From: Thermoanaerobaculia bacterium
Lineage (GTDB): Bacteria; Acidobacteriota; Thermoanaerobaculia; JALWYX01
Length of the DNA stretch: 58,422 nucleotides
Direction: 5' to 3'
Assembly: GCA_027078415.1 (NCBI GenBank)
Contig: JALWYX010000034.1
Span: 1-58,422, forward strand
Shown: positions 9,140 to 18,170 of the stretch, piece after piece
Layout of the letters: the number at the start of each line of letters is the position of its first letter
Position numbering within the stretch: position 1 is the first letter of the stretch
Position numbers and translations under genes: made by a program
Notes under the pieces: model-generated
What the model saw: the letters and a program-made list of their open reading frames with translations, nothing else
What the model was told of the DNA's origin: nothing
Database searches by the model: none

Positions 9140-10048
9140 ATGCAATGGAAATTACCAAAACCTAGTTTTCCAGCAACTGTAATACACCGTCTTGCGCTTA
9201 AATACGGATTTCCTCAGCTAGCTAAGGTTGCACCGAAATGGCGTCGATCAACTATGTTTTGGCACGCACGATGGATAATAGCTGTTGTTATGGGAGTATA
9301 TAGCAAACCAAAAGAAGCTATAAAAGAAAATCTAGCACGTATCACTGGTTACCCGGCATCGTCCACCATAGTTAGTTTAATGACCAAAAAGATGTTAAAC
9401 AACTTTGCCTATTCTTGGGTAGATCTGTTTCATATACCACAACTATCCCTTCATAAAAGAGTGCGTATAGTATCAACCACTGAGGGGTTAGAAAACCTCA
9501 CAAATATGCAACAAGGTGGAATAATATTAACAGCGCATTTGGGGTGTTGGGAGGCGGCTAGTGCACTGTTACCAGAAAAAGGGTTAAAAGTAGCGATAGT
9601 GTATATAAAAGACAAGTACAAAGAAGTCGAACATTTTAGAAGTCATTTACGCAAAGTAGGGAAAATAAAAGAGATAGCAATTACACAGGATAAAAGTCAT
9701 ATCTTTCAAATAGTCTCTACTCTAAACAACAACTATCACATAGCTATGCAAGGTGATAGGGATTTTAGAAATGACGGATTACCTGCCACTTTTTTCGGAG
9801 AAAAGATAAAATTTCCCAGAGGCCCTTTTAAAGTAGCCGCCCTTTACAAAGTAAAACTAATTCCTCTTTTTGTAACCTACACACGTAACTATTTACTACG
9901 TATCAAAATTTACCCTTACATATCAACGGAAGTAAATTTACTCGAAGAAGCCGTAGCACGTTGGAGCAGAATATTAACTCATGAAATAAGAAGAAATCCT
10001 ACCCAATGGTACACATTCTACAACTACTGGGAAACGCACAGAGCATGA
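9140..10048 (+). CDS. lipid A biosynthesis (Kdo)2-lipid IVA acyltransferase family protein (LpxL/HtrB-like)
   Basis: 302 aa. HLGCWE catalytic block, MQGDRD, FFGEKIKFPRGPFKVA, PTQWYTFYNYW tail. Confidence 0.78.
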   Translation: MQWKLPKPSFPATVIHRLALKYGFPQLAKVAPKWRRSTMFWHARWIIAVVMGVYSKPKEAIKENLARITGYPASSTIVSLMTKKMLNNFAYSWVDLFHIPQLSLHKRVRIVSTTEGLENLTNMQQGGIILTAHLGCWEAASALLPEKGLKVAIVYIKDKYKEVEHFRSHLRKVGKIKEIAITQDKSHIFQIVSTLNNNYHIAMQGDRDFRNDGLPATFFGEKIKFPRGPFKVAALYKVKLIPLFVTYTRNYLLRIKIYPYISTEVNLLEEAVARWSRILTHEIRRNPTQWYTFYNYWETHRA

Positions 10049-10701
10049 AAAAAAGCATAGTATACTTTCAAGGTAGAGAAGTAAGCTTAAGCGATTTAAC
10101 TGCTATTTTCTCAGAAAAACAATATAACCTAATAGAAACAGAGATAGGAGCAGGTAAAGGTCGTTACATAATCAATTTAGCGCAGAGGTTCCCAACCAAC
10201 CTTTATATAGCAATAGAAAATTCGTTCAAATTTTTCTCAATATTAACCAAACGTGCGAGTAAAAAAAATCTACAAAATCTTATCAGTGTATTCAGCGACG
10301 CTTCATACTTCATTCATACATTTATCCCCAAAATAGACGTATTGCATATATACTTTCCTGATCCGTGGCCTAAAGAAAGACACTCAAAAAGAAGAATATT
10401 AAATGTAACAAATGTTAATATTTTTCTTTCTAAACTAACTTTGGGTGGCACTCTATACTTTGCTTCAGATTTTATACCTTATGCAGAAAGCTTTATAAAA
10501 GTTCTTAAACTATTTAACGTCGAGATACAACTGCTCGACAAATGGGAAGATGGACTACGAACAAATTATGAGATCAAATACGAGAAAGAAAAACGAACAA
10601 TAATTCGATTAAAAGCGATCAAAACATCTCTTACACCTGAAACAACGTGCCATTTTATAAAATGTGCTTATCTAGAGTTGTATAATAAAGATTATGACTA
10701 A
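10045..10701 (+). CDS. trmB: tRNA (guanine-N7)-methyltransferase
   Basis: The ATG at 10045 forms an ATGA overlap with the preceding stop; the track start at 10006 would overlap by 43 nt. EIGAGKGRY SAM motif and FPDPWPKERHSKRR signature. Confidence 0.88.
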   Translation: MKKSIVYFQGREVSLSDLTAIFSEKQYNLIETEIGAGKGRYIINLAQRFPTNLYIAIENSFKFFSILTKRASKKNLQNLISVFSDASYFIHTFIPKIDVLHIYFPDPWPKERHSKRRILNVTNVNIFLSKLTLGGTLYFASDFIPYAESFIKVLKLFNVEIQLLDKWEDGLRTNYEIKYEKEKRTIIRLKAIKTSLTPETTCHFIKCAYLELYNKDYD

Positions 10702-11074
10702 AGAAGCAACCTCCGATAAATATTTAAGCGAGAAAGAAATTCTTTTTTTAAGAAGAATCTCTTTCTGGTTAAAAATAACCCCTTTTATAACAATTACTCT
10801 ATTTTTATTATGGTTATGGATAATAATCTCACTAGCAACAAGAGCACCAGAGTATCTAAACCCCTTCGATACAGAACCCTTGGCAATAACAGAAAACTTA
10901 ACATGGCTAGCTGTGTTAACTACTCTTTTAACAAATCTATCTCTTATACTTTTCTTTATATTTTTACTGTTCTTAATAGCTTGTTTTCTAAGTAAATGGA
11001 AGCTGTATCGGATCGCAATAAAATTAAAAGGTACCGTTCCAGTAACCACTGAAGACCAGGGCAATAAGCAGTGA
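10694..11074 (+). CDS. small integral membrane protein, unknown function
   Basis: 126 aa with about 3 predicted TM helices. Its ATG overlaps the trmB stop by 8 nt and its TGA overlaps the next GTG start, so it is wedged in the operon. No family recognised. Confidence 0.55.
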   Translation: MTKEATSDKYLSEKEILFLRRISFWLKITPFITITLFLLWLWIIISLATRAPEYLNPFDTEPLAITENLTWLAVLTTLLTNLSLILFFIFLLFLIACFLSKWKLYRIAIKLKGTVPVTTEDQGNKQ

Positions 11075-11976
11075 AATTGGTCATACTGGGTGGAACCGGT
11101 CTTATAGGATCTTATCTTTCGAAAAATTTAGTAAAGAAAGGTTATCAAATTACAGTCCTCAGCCGTTGGAAAGAAGGGACCGAAGGCTCCATTAAATACG
11201 TAAGGTGGAACCCTGAGACTATAGGTGGATGGCTAGAAGTATTGGCAAACCAAGATGGGATAGTAAATCTAGTGGGTGAAAGTATAATGGGTTACTGGAG
11301 CAACGCAAAAAAAATAGCTATCTATCAAAGCAGGGTAGGTATAACACAAAAAATAGTAAAAGCGTTAGAAAAGTTAGAGGACAAAAGACCTAATTTTTTA
11401 ATTCAAGCAAGTGCTGTAGGAATATATGGAGATAGGGGTGAAGAACTGTTAACAGAGAATAGTCATTCAGGAACAGATTTTTTAGCAAATTTAGCAAAAG
11501 AATGGGAAAAAGCAGGTATGACCGCAACTAACTACGGGATAAGAGTAGTAATTATAAGAACAGGTATAGTTTTAGCTAAAGATGGTGGTTTTATAGCAAA
11601 TCTACTTCCTATTACAAAAATAGTAAGAAAAGTACCCGTAATAGGAAAAGGTTCAAATTTTATCCCTTGGATAGATATAGAAGATGAAATAAGAGCTATC
11701 GAGTTTTTGATTTCAAATCGCGATATGGATGGAATATTCAATTTATCAGCTCCAAATCCTGTTACAGTAAGCGAGCTTTCTAAATTGATAGCAAAAACAA
11801 TAACCGGCAAAGAAAGAATCTTTCACATACCTTCTTCTATAGTTAAATTAATACTAGGAGACTTAGGAAAAGCTATTTTAGCAAGCCAAAGGGTTATACC
11901 AAAAAGATTATTGGAAGCAGGGTTTGCATTCAAATATCCTACCTGTGAATCTTCTATTACACATTTACTAACTTGA
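11071..11976 (+). CDS. YfcH/TIGR01777-family NAD-dependent epimerase-like protein (SDR39U1, DUF1731 tail)
   Basis: 301 aa, GTG start. Rossmann ILGGTGLIGSYL and C-terminal QRVIPKRLLEAGFAFKYP. Confidence 0.8.
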   Translation: MKLVILGGTGLIGSYLSKNLVKKGYQITVLSRWKEGTEGSIKYVRWNPETIGGWLEVLANQDGIVNLVGESIMGYWSNAKKIAIYQSRVGITQKIVKALEKLEDKRPNFLIQASAVGIYGDRGEELLTENSHSGTDFLANLAKEWEKAGMTATNYGIRVVIIRTGIVLAKDGGFIANLLPITKIVRKVPVIGKGSNFIPWIDIEDEIRAIEFLISNRDMDGIFNLSAPNPVTVSELSKLIAKTITGKERIFHIPSSIVKLILGDLGKAILASQRVIPKRLLEAGFAFKYPTCESSITHLLT

Positions 11977-13138
11977 ACCATCTACTAGTAAAAAATTTTT
12001 TTACTTCTTCAACCAAATTCTGGGGAGCATAAACTCGGAAACAGTTTATTTTTTCCATATAAGATACAAACTTGCTAATCTTTTTAGCATCCTTAACGAT
12101 TCCATCTGTATCTATAACTGGGAAATTAGTCCTCTTTAGATTGTGAGGTTCTTTGGTAGAATTTGAGAGCAGTAACATTCCGTCAAACTTACAGTTCGCT
12201 TCTTTGAAAAGTTCAAGGAAATGTTCATATTCATCATCAGTTAAATGTTCTGCAGTAGAAAAAACCAAAGGAAACGGTGTTCTATCTACTATAGCTCTGG
12301 CATGTATATTTTTGGATTTTCTCATTTTTACAGTAAGGCAATAATCATCCAACTCTAAAAATTCTTCTACTTCGGAAGGCCATGGTCCTATTTCTTGGAG
12401 TAACCAATTTTGCAAATGCAATTCGAACGCTTTACACTTAGGATCAAAATAAACCTGCGAAAACATGTAATAACGGGCTAGTATTACGGATTCTAGCAGA
12501 TGAATTCCGCCTTTATCCATACCCAACTGCAAATCATTTTCTTGTAGGATAGTAAAACTATCTATACTTTTCTCCAAGTCAAAACAGCCGTATTGAACTC
12601 CGCAATACATAGAATCCCTTATAAGATAATCCATCTTGTCCACATCTACCTCTCCGTCAAGTATCTGAGCAAGTAACTTTGTAACTTCACACCCTTCTCC
12701 TTTTATCAAGGAAACAAGATCGTCAACATTTACTTTATAATCTGATAAAATATTTGCCAGGTATGGGGATTGAATTATGCGAACAGTCATTTTTTCATGA
12801 TCCAATTCGTGAGAGAAAAGAAATTCTCCGGAATGAGAAAATGGAGTATGACCTAAATCGTGCAATAGCGCTGCAAGTCTTAGAAGATCTTTCTCCCTTC
12901 CGTTAGGTGGTAATATGTCAGGAAACTTTTCAGACAAAGAATCGTAAACTCTACTAGCCAAATGCAGGGTACCCAACATATGAGAAAAGCGTGTGTGTTC
13001 AGCTCCTGGAAACACCAAATACGTCAACCCCAACTGTTTGATATACCGCATACGTTGAAAAAAAGGCGAGTTTACTATCTTAATTTCCAGAGGGGAAAGG
13101 TATATAAAACCGTGTATAGGATCTCTTATACCAATCAT
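11957..13138 (-). CDS. HD-domain phosphohydrolase (SAMHD1/COG1078-like)
   Basis: 393 aa. IRDPIHGFI, FQRMRYIKQLG, HTRFSHMLGT, LLHDLGHTPFSH, VDKMDYLIRDSMYCGV. Confidence 0.85.
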   Translation of the reverse strand: MIGIRDPIHGFIYLSPLEIKIVNSPFFQRMRYIKQLGLTYLVFPGAEHTRFSHMLGTLHLASRVYDSLSEKFPDILPPNGREKDLLRLAALLHDLGHTPFSHSGEFLFSHELDHEKMTVRIIQSPYLANILSDYKVNVDDLVSLIKGEGCEVTKLLAQILDGEVDVDKMDYLIRDSMYCGVQYGCFDLEKSIDSFTILQENDLQLGMDKGGIHLLESVILARYYMFSQVYFDPKCKAFELHLQNWLLQEIGPWPSEVEEFLELDDYCLTVKMRKSKNIHARAIVDRTPFPLVFSTAEHLTDDEYEHFLELFKEANCKFDGMLLLSNSTKEPHNLKRTNFPVIDTDGIVKDAKKISKFVSYMEKINCFRVYAPQNLVEEVKKFFTSRWFKLVNV

Positions 13139-13149
13139 AAGGAGGATAG

Positions 13150-14112
13150 ATGCAAAAAATAATAGAATCGATTAATTCTATTATAAACGATCCAACAAAA
13201 GGAGCGTGGCAGATAGAGAGAGACATCTGGGAAAAGCTGAGACATCTATCTATTTCAGATCAATTTCTAGCGGACCTTTTAAGTACTATAAGTACTAATA
13301 TACTGGAAAAACATCCCAGTATGGCAAATTTACTCAAGATGGTCAATGATCTTTGGTTGATATACGAAGACAAAACTATAGAAAACAAAATATCTTCTGT
13401 AAAAAATCTAGCTTCTAAAAGAATTGCTGAGGTAGGACATAGATTAGCTGCAGTTGCTTCTAACACATTAGAGGTTGTTAAAGATAAAACAATAATTGCA
13501 ACTATATCGAGGAGTGGTACAGTTATAGAAACTATAAAATATTTACATTATTCCAAAATCACTCTAATAGTGTTAGTATCGGAAAGTCGACCTATGAATG
13601 AAGGATACTTTACAGCCGAGGAGATATCTAAAGCTGGTATAGAAACATACTACTTCACAGATGTAGCGTTAGGGGCCTTCCTTCGCAACGATCGATTTAT
13701 AAAAAAACCATTTACCAAAGACTTTAAGTGGATAGCTGTAACAGGCATTGACGCACTTACTCCCACTATTTTTCTAAATAAAGTAGGAACCTATCAACTT
13801 ATGATAGCAGCAAAAGAGAGCTACAAAACAACTATCGCACTTTTAACAGATGACAAAATTCTACCTTCAAATATGGAACCTCTTCTTGGAATAACAAGTG
13901 AACAATCATCAGATTTAGATGCTCCTGAAGGAGTAACACCTATAAACTTTTACTTTGAGTCTATACCGCTAGAAATAATAGATTACTATATAACAGATTC
14001 TGGTATATACACTCCATCGGAGATTAGAAACAAGGCTATAAATAGAAATATTTCAAACTTCTTAACACAAGTTATAGAAAAGAAAAAGTGTCAACAAATC
14101 ACAACAGGCTAG
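13150..14112 (+). CDS. eIF-2B alpha/beta/delta-related family protein (function uncertain)
   Basis: 320 aa. AAGGAGG SD. VSESRPMNEGYFTAEEISKAGIETYYFTD and LNKVGTYQLMIAAKE blocks resemble the eIF-2B / sugar-phosphate isomerase fold. Confidence 0.6.
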   Translation: MQKIIESINSIINDPTKGAWQIERDIWEKLRHLSISDQFLADLLSTISTNILEKHPSMANLLKMVNDLWLIYEDKTIENKISSVKNLASKRIAEVGHRLAAVASNTLEVVKDKTIIATISRSGTVIETIKYLHYSKITLIVLVSESRPMNEGYFTAEEISKAGIETYYFTDVALGAFLRNDRFIKKPFTKDFKWIAVTGIDALTPTIFLNKVGTYQLMIAAKESYKTTIALLTDDKILPSNMEPLLGITSEQSSDLDAPEGVTPINFYFESIPLEIIDYYITDSGIYTPSEIRNKAINRNISNFLTQVIEKKKCQQITTG

Positions 14113-15299
14113 CAATACTTATAGCTATAGGGGCTATCTGTGGCTTCATGGCAGCTTACTTTATAGGTAAACCTATGCAATCTGTAGGTTGGATAGGAGA
14201 CCTATTTCTAAATCTCTTAAAAATGATGGTAGTGCCCTTAGTTTTTTTCTCTATAACAAGTGGTATTACCTATATAGGAGACATACGCAGACTTGGAAAA
14301 ACGGGAACACTAACGTTTGTATACTACATGCTAACAACGGCTATTTCGGTAACTGTAGGGTTAATTCTTGTAAATATCATAAAACCAGGGAAATATATAA
14401 AAGGTACTGCAGACGGTGAAATAGTAGAAGTCGCTAAAAAGCAGATAGATATAAGCGATATAATTTTGAGTTTTATATCAGACAATATAGTGGATTCTAT
14501 GGCAAAAATGGAGATGTTGCCTATTATTATCTTTTCTTTACTTTTCGGTGCAGCCTTAACAACGGTAGACGTTGGTAAGCAGGTTACAAACACTATCTCG
14601 ACTTTAAATGAAACTATGCTAAAGATGGTTATGTGGGTAATGGAGCTTGCTCCTATCGGAATATTCGCTCTAGTGGCAGCCAAATTTGCGGAAGCTGGAA
14701 GTATAGCAGCTCTTACAAAAAGTTTAGGTATCTACATGATAACTGTAATATTAGGTCTAGCTATACATGGAGGAATTATTCTACCTCTATTTTTAAAATT
14801 CTCTTCTAAAAAAATATTAAAATATTTCTCAGATGTATCACCAGCATTAATAACAGCTTTTTCAACTGCATCCTCTTCTGCAACATTACCTTTAACTTTA
14901 GAGTGCGTTACCAAAGAAGCAAAAGTAAAACAAGACTCCGCTCTATTTGTTCTACCCGTTGGTGCAACCATTAACATGGATGGAACGGCTCTTTACGAAG
15001 CAGTAGCGGCTCTATTTATAGCCCAAGCCTACGGAGTAGAATTATCCATAACTCAACAAATAGTGATATTTCTAACTGCCACTTTAGCAGCGATAGGAGC
15101 TGCAGGAATACCTCAGGCAGGACTAGTTACGATGGTAATTGTACTCAAAGCAGTTAATCTCCCTCTTGAAGGAATATCCCTTATTTTAGCTGTTGATTGG
15201 TTATTAGATCGTTTTCGTACAACAATAAACGTGTGGGGAGACACTGTAGGAGCAGCGGTTGTAGAAAAAGTCACACACACTTCCAAACAAAACGTTTAA
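14088..15299 (+). CDS. dicarboxylate/amino acid:cation symporter (DAACS, GltP/DctA-like)
   Basis: 403 aa, GTG start, polytopic. ASSSATLPLT, NMDGTALYEAVAALFIAQ, DRFRTTINVWGD. Confidence 0.88.
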   Translation: MSTNHNRLAILIAIGAICGFMAAYFIGKPMQSVGWIGDLFLNLLKMMVVPLVFFSITSGITYIGDIRRLGKTGTLTFVYYMLTTAISVTVGLILVNIIKPGKYIKGTADGEIVEVAKKQIDISDIILSFISDNIVDSMAKMEMLPIIIFSLLFGAALTTVDVGKQVTNTISTLNETMLKMVMWVMELAPIGIFALVAAKFAEAGSIAALTKSLGIYMITVILGLAIHGGIILPLFLKFSSKKILKYFSDVSPALITAFSTASSSATLPLTLECVTKEAKVKQDSALFVLPVGATINMDGTALYEAVAALFIAQAYGVELSITQQIVIFLTATLAAIGAAGIPQAGLVTMVIVLKAVNLPLEGISLILAVDWLLDRFRTTINVWGDTVGAAVVEKVTHTSKQNV

Positions 15300-15765
15300 T
15301 ATAATCTTTATCTTTACCTATTAACCAATCAATAAGATAGTGAGGAACTATATCTTCATAAAATGGAAGAAGTTCTCTCAAAGGAGCTATCAAATAGTTT
15401 CGTCTCCCCAAAGATGGATGAGGTAAGGTTAGAATTTCTGTAGTTATTCGCAAGTTAGAATACAATAAAATATCCAGATCTAGAATTCTATCACCCCATA
15501 CTTCACCCACACGTCTTCCTTTTATAAACTCTATCTCTTTGCATATTGTGAGTAAGGTAATAGGAGAAAAGGAACACTTAGTAACAACCACAGCATTAAA
15601 AAAAGGCATTTTCGTTTTTCCACCCCAAGGAGAAGTTAAATAGAGCGAAGATACTGTTATAAAACTAGAGATACGTGCAAGAAGCAAGATAGCACTTTTT
15701 ATAGCACAAGGAGTTTCTTTAAGATTACCTCCTACACTTATTACTACTGTCTTACCTTTACTCAA
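15271..15765 (-). CDS. folK: 2-amino-4-hydroxy-6-hydroxymethyldihydropteridine diphosphokinase (HPPK)
   Basis: 164 aa. WGDRILDLDILLY and LTLPHPSLGRRNYLIAPLREL. Confidence 0.85.
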   Translation of the reverse strand: MSKGKTVVISVGGNLKETPCAIKSAILLLARISSFITVSSLYLTSPWGGKTKMPFFNAVVVTKCSFSPITLLTICKEIEFIKGRRVGEVWGDRILDLDILLYSNLRITTEILTLPHPSLGRRNYLIAPLRELLPFYEDIVPHYLIDWLIGKDKDYIKRFVWKCV

Positions 15766-16021
15766 GTATATCCTGATCCTCTAGCAAATCCTCTTCATCT
15801 GGAGGTTCTTCAAAGGTGTCTTCCAGTTCCGTATCATCTATAATCTCATCATCCAAGAGAGATGTCTCATCTCGAGTCTTAGATCTACTAAAATCAAAGT
15901 TTATCTCAACAGGCGTATTACATTTAGGACAGCGTGGATCAGGTCTCCCAAGATCGTAAAATTTAGTCAAACATTTACTGCAGGTATGTTTTCGACCTAA
16001 CTCTCTAGATCCTAAATTCAT
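15758..16021 (-). CDS. FYDLN_acid (TIGR02300-type) zinc-ribbon protein with acidic tail
   Basis: 87 aa. CSKC..KFYDLGRPDPRCPKC zinc ribbon followed by a D/E-rich C-terminus. 8-nt overlap with folK. Confidence 0.75.
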   Translation of the reverse strand: MNLGSRELGRKHTCSKCLTKFYDLGRPDPRCPKCNTPVEINFDFSRSKTRDETSLLDDEIIDDTELEDTFEEPPDEEDLLEDQDILE

Positions 16022-16069
16022 ATTCCTCTACTCCTCTCAAATCAGTTGGATCGCCTAGAGTTAAAATGT

Positions 16070-16097
16070 ATTATACCTACAATCAGCTGGTAAGCAA
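16070..16097 (-). promoter_or_regulatory. candidate sigma-70 promoter for the FYDLN-folK pair
   Basis: On the minus strand: TTGCTT (16097-16092), 16-nt spacer, perfect TATAAT (16075-16070). The -10 lies 48 nt upstream of the ATG at 16021. Confidence 0.35.
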
Positions 16098-18170
16098 ATA
16101 TTTAGCCCTTTCTACAATTTTTTCTGTAGATGGGAAAAGATAAGCTTCTAAATTTTTGGCAAATGGTACCGGGCGATCAGGGAACGCTATTCTTATAGGA
16201 GGAGTATCTAACCACCAAAAACAGTTCTCTGTGATTAACGAAACTACTTCAGCACCGAAACCACCCGTCAACTGAGACTCATGTACAACAATTACTTTAC
16301 CTGTTTTTTTAACAGATTCAAAAACAAGCTCGTTATCGAAAGGTATTAAAGTTCTAAGATCTATAACTTCAACTTGGTATCCTTCCTTTGCAAGTATCTG
16401 GGCTGCTTCCAACGAATCGTAAACAGTAGCACCGTACGAAATTACGGTGATATCTTTGCCTTCAGTTACCACACGTGCTTTACCTATTCCTACATGTTTG
16501 TTAAAATCAACTTCATCTTTGATTCTTCTGTATAGATATTTATGTTCAAAGAACAAAACGGGATTATTATCATATATCGCTTCTATTAGTAAACTCCATG
16601 CGTCTTGAGGAGTAGATGGAAACACTACTTTTAAACCAGCACAATGTGTAAACCAAGATTCTGGAGATTGTGAGTGAAATGGCCCAGCACCCACCCTATC
16701 TCCCGAAGGCAATCTAACAACTATAGGGCACGGAATTTCCCATCTATAGAACATCTTAGCTATAACGTTAACTATTTGATTAAAACCACAGGTTACAAAA
16801 TCGGCAAATTGCATTTCAACAACAGGCCGTAACCCCATGATAGCCATACCTGCTGCAGCGCCCAGCGTTCCACTTTCAGCAATAGGAGTATCCAACACTC
16901 GTCCAGGGAAAAGTTGGTAAAGTCCTCTAGTAACTTTAAATGCTCCTCCATATTCTGCAATATCTTGACCCAATATATACACTCTATCATCCCTAGTAGC
17001 TGTATATATTAACGCCTCTCTTATAGCATCCAAGTAACTTAGCGTTTTACAACTTGTACTACTTTTAGAATTTTTATAAAGATTTTCACCTAAATCGGAA
17101 GAGATAAAAACTGGTCTCATAGCTACATTCACGTCAGACAATGGAGCTTCTAGCGCTTCATTTAATATTGTTTCTATAGTATCTCTAGCTACTTGCTCTA
17201 TATTAGAAAGCCAATCCTGATCCACCATACCTTCTGCTAGTAACCTATCTTTCAATTTAACTAAAGGATCGTTAGAGAGATAAAATTGCAAATCTTTTTC
17301 AGGTACAATTTTTAAAGAACCGTCTCCTTCGCTATGTCCCCTCATACGTCCTAAAACAGCTTCTATAATTACAGGTCCCTTACCTGTAAGAACAGTACCT
17401 ATAGCTTCCTCTACAGCGTAAGTTACTTCGTCAATGTTTGTACCGTCTACATGTAATCCTTTTATACCGTATCCAACAGCTCTATCACTTAACTTCTCAC
17501 AACGAAATTGCTTGTAAGTGGGAGTCGAGAAAGCGTATTGGTTATTCTCTATTATGATAATCAAAGGCAGATTCCATACAGACGCTAGATTGATACCCTC
17601 GTGAAAATCCCCTGTAGAGGTCCCACCATCCCCTATAAAGGTTACAGCAAAATTACCGTTATTTTTCAATTTAGCAGCAAAAGAAGTTCCTGCAGCTACA
17701 GGTATCATAGCTCCCAGATGGCTTATCATACCTACATGGAAAAAACCTTTTTCTCTATCTATCACAGAGTAGTGAAAGGAACGTTCTATCCCTCGCGAAA
17801 ACCCAGTACCTTTACCCAATAATTGAGAAAACAGTTTAAATAGGCCTTCTTTCTTGTCAAAATATCTTTCTTTATTAAGTAAACCCATCTTAGGAAATAG
17901 ATCGGCAGGATTAAAATAGTAAGCAAGGATAGCCCCAAGATCTCTATGTAAAGTTGATAAAATATCACCTTTGCTCATATGAAGTCCCACAGGTACGGTG
18001 GTAATCTCGTTACCTACTTGGCTATACCATTTAGCAACTCTGCCAGTTAGAAAAAGAGTTTTAAACCTCTCATCTATGGCTCTAGCTAGGTAAGAGACAG
18101 CGTATACAGTTTTAAAGTAATCTACAGACAAAGACTTGTTTCTATCTCTAAAATAAGCTCTTTGCGACAT
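16083..18170 (-). CDS. 2-oxoacid dehydrogenase E1 component, fused alpha-beta subunits (TPP-dependent)
   Basis: 695 aa. TPP motif GDGGTSTGDFHEGINLASVWNLPLIIIIENNQYA in the alpha part. Beta part has DTPIAESGTLGAAAGMA, EHKYLYR and a C-terminal transketolase-like domain. Start uncertain: the ATG at 18170 overlaps the upstream gene by 49 nt, and a TTG at 18131 is an alternative. Confidence 0.85.
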   Translation of the reverse strand: MSQRAYFRDRNKSLSVDYFKTVYAVSYLARAIDERFKTLFLTGRVAKWYSQVGNEITTVPVGLHMSKGDILSTLHRDLGAILAYYFNPADLFPKMGLLNKERYFDKKEGLFKLFSQLLGKGTGFSRGIERSFHYSVIDREKGFFHVGMISHLGAMIPVAAGTSFAAKLKNNGNFAVTFIGDGGTSTGDFHEGINLASVWNLPLIIIIENNQYAFSTPTYKQFRCEKLSDRAVGYGIKGLHVDGTNIDEVTYAVEEAIGTVLTGKGPVIIEAVLGRMRGHSEGDGSLKIVPEKDLQFYLSNDPLVKLKDRLLAEGMVDQDWLSNIEQVARDTIETILNEALEAPLSDVNVAMRPVFISSDLGENLYKNSKSSTSCKTLSYLDAIREALIYTATRDDRVYILGQDIAEYGGAFKVTRGLYQLFPGRVLDTPIAESGTLGAAAGMAIMGLRPVVEMQFADFVTCGFNQIVNVIAKMFYRWEIPCPIVVRLPSGDRVGAGPFHSQSPESWFTHCAGLKVVFPSTPQDAWSLLIEAIYDNNPVLFFEHKYLYRRIKDEVDFNKHVGIGKARVVTEGKDITVISYGATVYDSLEAAQILAKEGYQVEVIDLRTLIPFDNELVFESVKKTGKVIVVHESQLTGGFGAEVVSLITENCFWWLDTPPIRIAFPDRPVPFAKNLEAYLFPSTEKIVERAKYLLTS

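Noticed and set aside
10672-11064. 130-aa minus-strand ORF mirroring the small membrane-protein gene (also the 61-aa ORF at 10810-10995)
   Set aside because: The plus-strand ORF fits the operon through start and stop overlaps with its neighbours and shows TM periodicity. The minus-strand product is basic and low-complexity, and would be an isolated gene facing a plus-strand operon.
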